A stretch of DNA of 63,248 nt, counting the filler, from Pelomyxa schiedti (Eukaryota > Protista > Evosea), in NCBI GenBank assembly GCA_020536535.1. It is 9 parts of 9 records of this genome, joined end to end, with 100 filler letters (N's around TTAATTAATTAA, not from the genome) between each part and the next. Parts side by side here need not be neighbours in the genome. Positions count along the whole stretch, not along the records: positions 21,425 to 28,292 come from JAHLWZ010001391.1; positions 28,393 to 32,173 come from JAHLWZ010001683.1; positions 32,274 to 35,552 come from JAHLWZ010001774.1; 6 more parts are not named here. One strand, given 5' to 3'. Below the pieces are notes generated by a model that did no database searches, was not told the DNA's origin, and was given only the letters and a program-made list of their open reading frames with translations. A program made the position numbers and the translations under genes. Of the stretch, positions 22,460-34,377 are shown in pieces. Position 1 is the stretch's first letter. Each line of letters begins with the position of its first letter.

Positions 22460-25400
22460 TTAGCTGCTCTCAATGCCAGTTATCTTGACAGTGTTGTGGT
22501 CGTACACTTCAACAGCTGGGTAGAGACCCCTTGGGATGTTGTTTACTGTTGCTGTTGTGTTGCCATGTAGTGGCCACTGTGCACTGAGTGTGAGTGTGTG
22601 TGCATTGTATCTTAGTGTAACTTCCTCTGTCCCACCAGTGGCTTTGAACCCCAGTGTGCCTGAAGGTAGCCTGTAGCATGGTTTGGCTGTTGACCAGCAG
22701 TACATGTCAGAGTACAGAGAGAGGTTGTGGTCAACAGGCTTCTGAATGAGCCCATACGCAACCCACTGGTCTCCCTTTAGGCCAGAGATTGATAGGTGCC
22801 ACTCATACATGTAGTCACCAACTAGCTGTGTTGTAGCTGCAACTATTGATTGTGCATTTTGTGTCCGGCTGGATGTTGGCTTGTGAACTGTTGACTTGTC
22901 ATCTGACTGTATCACAAGGAGGTTTCCACAGCACTCAGTGTCCCACTCCCATGTCTCTGTTGCAGTGTGAGGTTTGAAACTTAGTTGAAGTTTCATACCA
23001 AAAGATACAGTGGATGATGCACGTTGACCAGCAACTGTCAGAGTCATCATGGCTTGTTTTGTGTTGGCATGTGGTGGTCGTGGCACTGTGCATGTGATGC
23101 CAGTGTGGGGCTGTGAAACTTCAACGTTTGTGCACAGAGCACCTGTTTACTTCCATCAATTGTAAAAGCACCAAGCACAACACATACCATTGACAGAAAC
23201 AGTAATTACACTTGGCGAGGTACCAAATCCATTCCCTGTGATTGTGATCTTCCCTCCAAATTGGGGAGCCTTGGATACACTCCGAATCTCTGGTCCTATT
23301 TGGGTGATGACTCAGTTGCAGAAAGAAAAGGGTCTAAGACACAGCAAACCTGGGAAAGAGAACCTGGTGTCATTTGGCCTGTCGGCTTGGATTCCAAACA
23401 CAGAGAGTGAAACAGGGAGGTCATGGCCAATTCCTCCAAAGGGAGGCATGAAGGTAAGAACCGAGCCAGTAGAGACAATGTTGATGTTTGTGCACTCAGA
23501 TTCACCAACTCGCACTCTAATGTCTTGGTTCATTGCAGTTGGTGACCACCACCCACACAATGTGATATTTACAGAACCTCCACCTTTTGCACCTGTGGGT
23601 TGCACTTCCTCCTTGGTGCATGCCAGTACTGGTCCTAAAAGTTGTTGGTTGAAAGTATTTACAAAGGACACTGGAGAAAAGACAAACTAGGTGAAATGAA
23701 ACACAGGCCAGGAATTTTCGACTTGAAGGGTTCAATGTCATTAGCAGAGGTAACAGTTGTACCGGTACAGGGTGACAAGTGTTCAGGTTTGCATACAAGT
23801 TGCTGTGTGATTTTAATGCTAAGCAGATTAAACAACAAGGAAAATACCTTGAGGATTCCAGGAATGGATTCACACAACTCAAGGATCTTGCCACCATCAC
23901 AGATTCTCAAAGTGGATGAACACTTTGACTTATACTTGTCAATGTGCTCGAGTGCCACAGAAAGAATTTCTAGTTGCTTTGACAAGGCACCAACTGTGGT
24001 GATAGGTGTGTATTAAAACAAAAAGAGTGATTCTCAGAACACACACTTTTAGAGGATGCTATTGCCCCAGAGGTTGAAAGTAGTTCCTCCTGTCTTCTTT
24101 GTAATTGTGCAATCATGTCACTGAATTCCCTGTTGATAGTTTCATCAAACTGGCTCTGAACCTTTGTGCTTCTGGTTAAGGGTTTGTTGGAAGTGGGGAA
24201 GGAGAACCAGCTTGATTTTTTCTGTCTCAGATTTGATTGAAACAGCCAACAAATTCAGATCCACTTCCAGTTTTGACAGTTGTCCAAAGAACGCCTTTGG
24301 GCTTGGTTGATTTCTAAGAGTCAAGTCTTCAACTGAGACAACATGATGTCCCTTGTTCCGAGTCAGATTCGATTAAATTAGTGCTGATGATAACCTTGTG
24401 GGAGGAATGGAAGACACATCTTGAGCAAATAAATGTACTGTCGGTTACACAGAATACATCAAGTGGAAGCTGATGACTTTCACACATCCTCACACCTGTG
24501 TAAAGGATGTCGTGTTAGTATTGGAATGACCTGTGTGTCTGTGTCTTGTAATGTTTTAACATAAGAAAAGAAAGATTACAACCTGTAGACTCAGCCACAA
24601 CAACGGTAGGAGCAGAAAGAGGATCAGACTTGGCATGAGACCTCATGCAGGGTGCCCAATGAGCCTTTGACCAGCACGGTTCACAGTACAGCATCTTTTC
24701 TCCTCCAGAGGATGCCTTTGTGCACTCCCTGCACATGAACCTGGCAGCGACCTCAGCGTGCCCAGATGCCTGGCACATCATGCAAACCGCAACAGCAGAA
24801 GCAGAAGCGGAAGCAGCAGAGGAAGAAGAAGAAGAAGGTGCAGAAGCAGATACAGAAGCAACTGTTCTCCTCCTCTTTGGGGTTGTTGGTGCTGGCGTGC
24901 CGCTCTCTGCCGATGTGTCTCCTCCTTCTCTTTCTTCCTCGTCATTGTTTGCTACAACTACGTCCATCACAGCAGGGTCCGGTTCTGGTGGCTCCAGCTG
25001 CCGTATCGTCGCGCTCCTTGTGCACCCGCACACGGGACACCACAGCTTGATGGCTTCACCTGGCGTCTCCGCCACAACGCCACCGGTGCTCAGACCACCC
25101 GCACCCTCTGTTGTCAACGACGGATACAACACCGGCGACGAAGAGGAGGCGCTGGAGGAGGAGGAAGAGGAAGAGGAGGGGGAGGGGCAAGGAGCGGGGA
25201 TCGTTGGCGGTGGCGGTGATGACGAAGAGGAGGGGGAGGAGGAGGAGGAGTACCTTGGGAAGTCCCTCGAGAAAGTGATTACGGCGTCGCTGCAGGCGCG
25301 GCACACGGGGTGCCCGCACGCCGGGGCCAGGCGGCCCACCGGCGACAACGGACCTCGCGAGGCGGAGGCGGTCCCCTCCCCGTCCGCTGACGGTGGAGGG

Positions 25401-25552
25401 GAGGTGCTGGCCGAGGCGGTGGGAGGGGTACCCCCGACGGGCGGGGGCACAGCGACGGGGGAGGGGGGAAGGACGAGGAGGAGGGGATCCAGGCACACGG
25501 AGCAACGGATTGTGTTGTTGTGTGCGCCCCTGCTTGTTGTAAGCCCCGCCAT
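22460..25552 (-). CDS. TRIM-like E3 ligase: RING, B-box, B-box, coiled coil, IPT/TIG x2, SPRY-like; multi-exon
   Basis: CSVC..CGHPVCRAC..CPVC; CMMC..CREC..YCEPCW..H..H; CESHQLPLDVFC..FICSRC..H; GGGSVNITLCG..VRVGESEC; GGKITITGNGFG; YEWHLSISG..WVAYGL..GLYPAVEVY. Confidence 0.75.
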
Positions 25553-25597
25553 TCGTTTGGTTTGGGTAGTAACAATTGATTTATGCTAAGAAACGGG

Positions 25598-28292
25598 TTA
25601 CATCGATGCTATCTTTACAGTGTTGTGGTCGAAAATGAGGACGGCTGGATACAGGCCCCTTGGGACGTTGTTCACCGCTGCGGTTGCGTTGTTGTGTCGC
25701 GGCCACGTTGCATTGAGCGTGAGTGTGCGTGCATCGTACTGGAACATAACATCCTCACTACCCCCCCTGGCTTTGAACTTGGGTGTGCTGCTTGGGAAGC
25801 GCCAGGAGAAATTGTTTGTGCTCCAGCCATACATGAGGCTGAACGGTTCCCACGCGTTTTGGTCCAACGGCTTCTGAATGAGTCCGTAGGCAACCCAGTG
25901 GTATCCATCTGCTTCCTTGAGGTCAGAGATTGAGAACTGCCACTCATACACGCGGTCAGTATCAGAGAGCTGTGTGGTGGCTGTCACTGTTGATTGTTGG
26001 TATTGTAGGTTGCTGGACACTGGCTTGTGCACGATTGACTTGTCATGTGGTGTGATCGCAAGGAGGTTACCACAGCACCCTGTGTCCCACTCCCATGTTG
26101 TTGTATCTATTTTGGTGAGGAAGTGATTGATGGGTGAGCAACAAATGGAAACACACCAAAAAGCACAGTGGATGAAACATGTTGACCGGCAACTGTGAGA
26201 GTCCATGTTGCTTGGTCATAGTTGTTGTCTCGGGGCTGTGGTGGTGGCACTGTGCACGTGATTACGGTGTGTGGGTGTGTCACCTCTACGTTGAGGCACA
26301 TTACTCCTGTGTGTTTTTGGATCAGATAATCAGATGAAGATAAATGGAATGTAACACACCATTGACACACACTGTTATTTCACGAGGTGAAGTTCCAAAC
26401 CCACGACCTGTGATTGTTACCCTCCCACCTTGTCGACGACCCCTTGTGACGTTGTGAATCTCCGGTCCTGCGTGTGCCTGTTGTGAGATTTTTCTTGTGA
26501 AAAGCACGACAAACCTGGGAATGAGAACCTGGTGTCATTTGGCCTGTGAGCAGGAGCCCCAAACACAGAGAGGGTCACAGGGAGGTCACATCCAACACCA
26601 CGATCTGGCAACGTGAAAGTGAGAACCGAGCCAGGAGTGACAATGTTCACGTTTGTGCACTCGGATTCACCAACTCGCACTTGAATGTCTTGGTTCTTTG
26701 CCGACGGTGCCCAGTGTCCACACAGTGTCACTGAACGTTCTCCTGTTCCTCTGGCGTCTGCTGTTGTGTCCTCCTTGATGCATTCAAGCACTGGTCCTGA
26801 GTTTTTTATTCAGAATAGCAAGCGGGGGAAGTTAAGCAACCAACCAGTTGAGATGTAGCAGAGGCCAGGAATCTTTGATTTGAAGGGTTCAATGTCATCA
26901 GTGCGAAAACTCAAAGTTGCACTGACACATGGTGTCAAGTGCTCCGGTTTGCATTCAATTTGCTGTTTTCCTCTGCGTCAGAGTGGGGGAGGTATCCCGC
27001 AAGTCGGAGATTGAAATAACAATTACCTTCAGGATTACAGCAACTAAATCACAAGATTCGATGATGTTAAAGGGATCACCAGTCTTCAGGATTGATTCAA
27101 ACTTGGATTTGAAATTCTCAACGTGCATCACTCCCGCTGTGATGCTCTCAAGTTGCTTTGACAACTCACATGCTGTTTTGTTAAAACAAATGTCAAAAAA
27201 AAAAAAAGTGAAAGGGAAAGAGAACTAGTGGACACGCACTCTTGGAGGATGCAATTGACCTTGACAATGAAAGCAGTTCCTCTTGTCTTCTTTGCAATCT
27301 TGAAATCATCTCACTGAATTCCCAGCTGACTTTTTCTTCAAACTCACTGTGAACCTTGTGTTGTTTTTGAATTGGTTGGAAGAAAGAAATACAGGCATTC
27401 AAAAAAACCTGTTTCACATTTGAGATCACAGGCTCAATGGACTTTGCAGCCAGGCTCAAATCCATTTGCAATTTGGTGAGTTTATGCACAAAGGCCTCAA
27501 CACTCGATTTCTTGGTGCTGCACAAGTCTTCCACAGTCGAAATGTTGTGTCCCTGCATTCAATGCGAGATCAGCCAAATGATCGAAGGGAGGAACAAACA
27601 AACCTTGTGGGAAGATGAGAACGAGCATGTCGGGCAAATGAATGTGCCATCACTCTCGCAGAACAAGTCCAGTTGAAGCCGGTGCTTCTCGCACATCATC
27701 CTTCCTGTTTGTTCATCAAATTAAAAGGAGCGAAGGATTGGATTACGTTCTGGGGCCTGATCCACCACAGCAGACACAGGGTCACATTTCACATGTGACA
27801 CCAACCCAGGAGCCCAATGCGTGTTGGACCAACAAGATTCGCAGAACAACATCAGGGAACTCCCTCCAAATATCTTCGTGCACTCCCTGCACCAGTACTT
27901 GGCACTCACTCCCATAACTCCCATCGCTGTGCACTTGCTGCAACTGGTGCTGCTGTTCGCTGTGGGTTTGGTTGTTGCATCTGCCGATGATGGTGGTGAT
28001 TTGTTGGGCGCGGGGGTCAGTTCGCGCACTGTGGCGTCCCTTGTGGCCCCGCACACGCCGCACCACACTCGCAACGCGGCGGCCGACGTCGGCGAGTTGC
28101 GGTCCCCATCCCCAGGACCGCCGCCGCCTGTGCCACTTCCACGTTTTGTGGCCGCACCCTCACGCGAAATGGAGGATTGTGGGATGTCCCTCGAGAACGT
28201 GACGATGGCTTCGCTGCAATCGCCACACACCACGTGCCCACACCCTGGCTCAACAACAACATGGTGACCGCCACGACCACCACGACACGCCG
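25598..28292 (-). CDS. Tandem paralogous TRIM-like gene, 5' truncated by contig end
   Basis: CGHVVCGDC..WCGVC; CSKC..CREC..FCESCW..HW; CEKH..LFCESDGTFICPTC..H; two IPT-like segments; terminal VNNVPRGLYPAVLIFD. Confidence 0.72.
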
Positions 28293-28572
28293 NNNNNNNN
28301 NNNNNNNNNNNNNNNNNNNNNNNNNNNNNNNNNNNNTTAATTAATTAANNNNNNNNNNNNNNNNNNNNNNNNNNNNNNNNNNNNNNNNNNNNTCTTCCTT
28401 CCAGATTTTCTATTATCTTCAAACACTTCGAGATGTCGAGATCCTGATGCTATGATACAACAATGAACCAGTTCATATGCAATAACTTGTGCTTCTAGTT
28501 GTGGTGCTCATTTGAGCACATCACCCCAAACGGGTCGATTGCAGATTGTTTTTTCCTTGACCACCAAGATTG

Positions 28573-29319
28573 ATGACTGAAGAGGGGGATCAAGTGGGGC
28601 CTCTGCCCGAATTCCCACCAGCGACGCACATCGCGTGGGCACGAGACCAATTGTTTGCCCTTTGTGCCGGTTCGTGCACGAAACGGTGCGGCGCCGCGAG
28701 GCCGTCGCGCCAGCTCAGCCAGTCCCTGTTGCGTTGTGAAATAGGCGGCAGATGGGTCAGGCGCACGAAAACGAGGGTGGCGCTCAGCGTTGACCTCCAG
28801 GAAACATTCCAAACAGGCCAGCTTGTTGTGAAACGCAAGTGCAAGGGATACTACAAACGGAACGTGAGGCACATGGTCCTGCTGTCGGGAACTGACACAC
28901 TGATCATGGCTTCTGGGAAGCCAACGACCAGCGGTTGTTCTGGCCAATACGTGCTGAGGACTCTGGCACCACCAAAACCGAAATCGCTTCATGAGTGCAT
29001 GTCCGAGCCACACAAGGTGGACTCGAGGCACTTTGCAATGTTCAACAGTTCCACTGATGACCTCATGGTGTTCTCGACCGGCGACTTTGAAGCTCCGAGC
29101 AGGGTGTTCCACGTCAAGGCAGGCACCAGGTTCAAGTTCGGGTGTGGGTTTGTCCTGTTCTGTGATCCAGTGGACGGACACCTTGATTTGTGTGATGTCC
29201 ACACAGGCCGTTGGTTGTTGCGTCAGCCTCTTCCTTCCAGATTTCCTGTTATGTTCAAACTTCTATCTGTCGAGGTCCTGATGCCGCGAGACACCAATGA
29301 ACCAATTCAGAGACAATAA
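28573..29319 (+). CDS. Hypothetical protein, short member of the 'QFxAL..RCG' family
   Basis: ARDQLFALCAGSCTKRCGAARP; C-terminal LDLCDVHTGRWLLR. Confidence 0.65.
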   Translation: MTEEGDQVGPLPEFPPATHIAWARDQLFALCAGSCTKRCGAARPSRQLSQSLLRCEIGGRWVRRTKTRVALSVDLQETFQTGQLVVKRKCKGYYKRNVRHMVLLSGTDTLIMASGKPTTSGCSGQYVLRTLAPPKPKSLHECMSEPHKVDSRHFAMFNSSTDDLMVFSTGDFEAPSRVFHVKAGTRFKFGCGFVLFCDPVDGHLDLCDVHTGRWLLRQPLPSRFPVMFKLLSVEVLMPRDTNEPIQRQ

Positions 29320-29418
29320 CTTGTTCTTATAGTTTTCGTGCTCACAGACAGCCTTTGAAGGGAAGGTTTGTCTGATGATTACATGACAACAATTTTTCTC
29401 TGAACACACCCAAGATTG

Positions 29419-29933
29419 ATGACTGAAGAGGAGGATCAAGTGGGGCCTCTGCCCGAATTCCCACCAGCGACGCACATCGCGTGGGCACGAGACCATCGCG
29501 CCAGCTCAGCCAGTCCCTGTTGCGTTGTGAAATAGGCAGCCGATGGGTCACGCGCCCTGGCACTCGCCAACCACCAGTGGTTGTGGTGGCCAATACGTGC
29601 TGAGGACTCTGGCACCACCCACACCCAAGTCCCTTCATGAGTGCATGTCCAAGCCACACAAGGTGGACTCGAGGCACTTTGCAGTTCAACAGTTCCACTG
29701 AGGAGCTCATGGTGTTCTCGACCGGCGACTTCGAGGCTCCGAGCAGGGTGTCCCACGTCAAGGCAGGCACCAGGTTCAAGTTTGGGTGTGGGTTTGTCAT
29801 GTTCTGTGATTCAGTGGACAGACACCTTGATTTGTATGATGTTCACACAGGCCGTTGGTTGTTGCGTCAGCCTCTTCCTTCCAGATTTCCTGTTATGTTC
29901 AAACTTCTATCTGTCGAGGTCCTGATGCTTTGA
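29419..29933 (+). pseudogene. Deleted and frameshifted tandem copy of 28573-29319
   Basis: Near-identical DNA with internal deletions that remove the RCG motif. The tail of a third copy is at 28393-28450. Confidence 0.8.
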
Positions 29934-30732
29934 GGGGGATTTTCATTGGAGCCCGATCTATAATTGAATGGGTTCTCGCCCATGAGTGGATCGACACCGG
30001 AAGTAGATAAGTAAATTGAGGATATTATCCATCGTTTGGGGCACACATGAACTATTGAGGAGGATTAGTCCATCAACTGACTCTGGGGCTGTTACAAGGT
30101 AAAATAATCAGTGAAGGAAATACCCAATAAAAAGCTTATTATTCACACCCCGATTGATCAGGTGTCGTCACTATACAGCCTCGAAGTAGACACCAACAAC
30201 AACGATGGCCATGCGCTGATCCGTGGACATCTGACAGATGTGAGTGGTGAGGGTTGCTCATCAGGGCTGACTCTGTGATTCCCTTTTTCGGGAAGTCATC
30301 ACTTTCACACAGGGCAAGGGCTGCTCACGCATCGACGTGGAGGAGTTGGGCACAGCAAACGAGAGTGATACGGACTACGACGAGGACCACGGCGACGTTG
30401 TAGAGGCTGGCACCGAGGGCGCGGGCACGGGCCGTAGACTGTGTGGGTGGGTGGAGAAGTCGCTGGTGTGTGGTGTGTGAGGGTAGAGGCACGCCGGGAT
30501 GGTTGCCGGGTAAGGCAGGGACGCGGCAAGGGTAGGGTGTTTACTGTGGCGAAGCGTGAGGGCGGACACATACCGGTCCGGGTGAACGTACGGGCTGCTC
30601 TTCCAGCACTCTTATTATGGTTCTATTTTGTGCTAAATTTCATTTTTTCTAAATGTCTCTGTACAGAATACCATTGCGAGGCAAGCTTGTTCAAAACACT
30701 GAAATAACACAAAGAAGAACTTGTTACTAGAT

Positions 30733-31485
30733 TCACTCGTTGTCTACTTGAGGCTCTGGTGAAAATGTGAGGTCCTCCACATGGGGCGCTTGTGGGATTT
30801 GGTTTTGCTCTGGGCGACTTCCAGATACAGAAACCTGTATTTTGGCTTGAGTCCGGCATAAATTGAACTGGATACATAATACCACTGATGTTGTATTCAA
30901 TATCTGGAAGGTAACACTGCGGGGTTTTTTATCAGTTGGGTTCTTGGTTACTTCACAAGAAAAGGTGCATCTGGCATGATTCTTTGGTGTTATAGATATA
31001 ATCACTCCTGCCGCTGTATGCTCTACGTTGAAAGATGTGTCTCCTGATTGTTTGAGATCCAGGGTCACCTCTTTAATTTTGAGTTAGAAATTGAAGAGGC
31101 ATCGCCACAACTAACCTTGATTTTGGCATCTATCTATCTTCTGCACCCTCAAAAGAATACTATGAATACTCACTTCATACTGGTTTCTTGGAAGGTGCAG
31201 CTACAGCTGACTCGCTATTTGGTGTTTGGGACCCAACTTCAAGATCATTATTCTCGCCATGGCCCTGCTGTTTTCTGGCCCCTTGCTCCTGCAGTCTTTT
31301 ACTGCGACGTAAAGGGGTAGGTGGTGGTGGTGTACTGGAGGGTGCAGATGATGGAGATGTCCATCTCCATCTCCATCTCCATCTCCATCTACATCCCCAT
31401 CTGCGTCTGGAGATGTAGATGTAGATGTAGACGTAGAGGTGGATGTTGTAGTGCTGGTGCAAGGTGCGACTTTGTTGGTGTCCAT
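30733..31485 (-). pseudogene. Disrupted S/T/P-rich gene with PLRRSKRL motif
   Basis: MDTNKV start; the frame switches inside an apparently inverted 48-nt tract; downstream exon-like pieces carry stops. Confidence 0.4.
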
Positions 31486-32273
31486 TTTGTTTCCAGGTGA
31501 TGTGTGTCGTTTGTCTTGGATATTTAACAAAAAAAACAATAAAGATCCCTGTATGTTGTTAATAACTATAAAAACAACAACGCAGGGGAGTTGTGTTGTA
31601 TGTAATTCAACAGGAAGGAATAAGAAGGGGAAATTGATGTTGACAAGTTGTTGCAAGGTTTCTGAACCATACCGCGCCAGTGGTGGATGTGGTCCGTAGG
31701 AGGGTGGAGTGATTATGGGTGGTGATGAATACCCTTGTTGCCAGAACAACCAGATTGATGAAACTTGCTTGTTCGCCGAACGTCCCAGCAACTTGCCAGA
31801 CTCGGAAGATACCTGGGAAATAACCCACGAGAGCCTTGCTCACGACTCACAACAGTGTTGTGTGAGGCATTGATCCCCTCCACTAACCTGACTACTGCTC
31901 TGTTGGATCTAAGCACACTCCATTGTGATCAGATCACAGAAAAAACAAATTGGTTTATAAACATAGTTTTTCACACAACAAACAAGCGGCATGGCAGCGG
32001 ACAAAGGCAGTGATTTTAAGTTGATCGTCGTCGGACCACCCGGGTGTGTCTGTGTGTGTGTTGTTGTTCGCGTTGGCGTTTGCTTAATCGTAAGATCCCG
32101 CTGAGGGACCACACGTCCGATGTAACACGCACGATCATTACTCACTCGCGCACGGCACGCACTTTATCATGCGNNNNNNNNNNNNNNNNNNNNNNNNNNN
32201 NNNNNNNNNNNNNNNNNTTAATTAATTAANNNNNNNNNNNNNNNNNNNNNNNNNNNNNNNNNNNNNNNNNNNN

Positions 32274-33412
32274 ATGGTTCACTGCTGGTGATTTTTGGAT
32301 TGTCTCCGTTGCTGATGAGTGTCACGGAGATGCCTGCGTGGTGCCCTGTGTACCTATGGACATCGCGGATGCTGGCATACTCTAAGAGGAGGGCAATTGA
32401 ACCATGTGGGATGGGCTGCGGTGGTTGGATGGCAAAGTTCAGGACACTCACTAACAATTCTGGCCAACTTTTTGCCAGTGGAAATGATGATACCAGTGGA
32501 GTTTGGGAACACAGAACAAGCAGAGGATTGATTCCTGGGTCAGAGGGAATGTATGGGGACAACAGAAGTTGTAGTGCTAACAACAGGAAGTGGTGGGTGC
32601 ACTTCCACGGTGCCTCTGATCGGAAGGCCATAATTGTGAACCTTGTGAATCAATTTCCTGGGGATGATACACTGGGAATGAAGTTACCCAGAGAGGACCG
32701 TTGGAAAAAGCAAGGAGAAAACTACCAGGGGTTCCTTGATGACATGCACAGAGCTGCTGCCTTTGTGCACCTGCCATCAGAGTTGGAGAACTGCGATGCA
32801 AGGGATTTCTTCTTCAGCAGAATTGATGCGGATGAGGCAGTGATTCTAATCGACGGACCAGAAAGGCATATGAGGCGAATAGTTGTATTTGATGTGCTGC
32901 GCACATTCACAACCAAGACATTCACTGCCCTGAGCACAACTTCTTTCACATCCCAACAAAGGATATTCTCAAGTGATGGAATTGTCACAAAGAAGTCAAA
33001 TGGTGTGCGATGCTTTGTTCTGCAGGTCTGGGAGGACCAACGTAAAACCCTTGTCATTGAAGAAGGGACAGGCTCTGTCACCCTACTTGGAACACACTGT
33101 CATAATGGAGCTCTGTCTCACCTGAGTGATTCCGTTTTCTGCATCACAGGCAAGGGTGTGCACGAGACATGGGACACCAACAACACCACAGCACCACTGA
33201 CAGTGGAGAGTGTTGACCCAAGCAACAAACCAAAGCAAGTGAGGGCTGAAGCCGGACTGCTCTTCCGCATAGTTTCTCAGGAGCTGGTTGCCACATTGTG
33301 GCCTGGGATCACAACTACCACAATACCCCAGGAGACACCTGCTTTGCTGAGGATTCACTTCGAAGGTTGGTTGCTTGGCTACATCACTGGTTCTTCCTCC
33401 TTCTTACTCTGA
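32274..33412 (+). CDS. Hypothetical protein of the beta-rich family, 5' truncated
   Basis: Long ORF with shared motifs NRKWWV, DEAVIL, FDVLRTF and ETWDTNN..PL. Confidence 0.65.
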
Positions 33413-33562
33413 ACTACTGACATTCACCATCACTTTCTCATAAAAATAAAAAACCTCTCATAAACAAGAAACAACGGGCATCCTCGCCATCAACGCCAAA
33501 GCATTCCCAGAAGAAATTCAGGTGGTTGTGAATCGACGACCGTTAACGGACCGTGAGAGGGA

Positions 33563-34316
33563 ATGAGTACCCCGTGCCGCGCGTGGGTAATTTTGGGGAT
33601 TGGGCTCTCCTTGTTTGCTCTGTTTTTGGGACTGGGGTTATATTACCTCGTGGAGCGTGGTGAGGGCTACTACATGGAAATTGCCAATTGCTACACCTGG
33701 GAGAAAGGTGTGGTTGCTGTTGAAAAATGTTTTCCGTTTTGTGGTGTTGGAGAATAAGTATGGATCCTAGAGGTGTACGGTTACTATGATGGGTCCACAG
33801 ATACATCCTATTTCAGGGCACAGTGGCGCGTGGATATAACTGAGAGCACTGGTTCGAATGCAACATCACCAGAAGTGTATGTCTTTTATTTATGAAACAC
33901 AAACAACACATGCTGTCACAGTTACTATGGTAAAATCTGCTTGTCTGATACCGACTATGGTGTGTGGACCAGTTACAGCAAGGCAGATGACGAGATTGCG
34001 GACTGGCTTATTGGTCAGAACTATACCTGCTGGTTCAACCCTGATAAAAGTAATTCATAACTTCCCTAAAAAAACACTACACTTCAGAAGATCCAATCAG
34101 ATTCAATGGTAAATTGTGCTAACCTGATAACTAGTTCTGACATACCCTGGAACAGAGTCCGCAGATTACGAGAACTATGCATTCTTCAACTATGACTCTG
34201 ATGACATGGACAACAGTGACCTCACTGCTGGTATTGTGCTCCTTGTCTTTGCTGGAATTGTGTTCATATCAATGGTGTTTGGCCTCACTGTTGTGTTCTG
34301 CCGAAGTGATTATTAA
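33563..34316 (+). CDS. Two-transmembrane protein with extracellular Cys-containing loop, 4 exons
   Basis: Three GT-AG introns give an open frame: TM1 WVILGIGLSLFALFLGLGLYYL, loop ..WLIGQNYTCWFNPDK.., TM2 GIVLLVFAGIVFISMVFGLTVVFC, then TAA. Confidence 0.65.
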
Positions 34317-34377
34317 CGGAATACACTGTTGTTGTTCATGATCAAACTATGATGATTGCCGAAAAGAAAACCAAGAG

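Noticed and set aside
30140-30600. Exon-like fragments with a GTGAGT..CAG intron
   Set aside because: No coherent start-to-stop model or recognisable homology.
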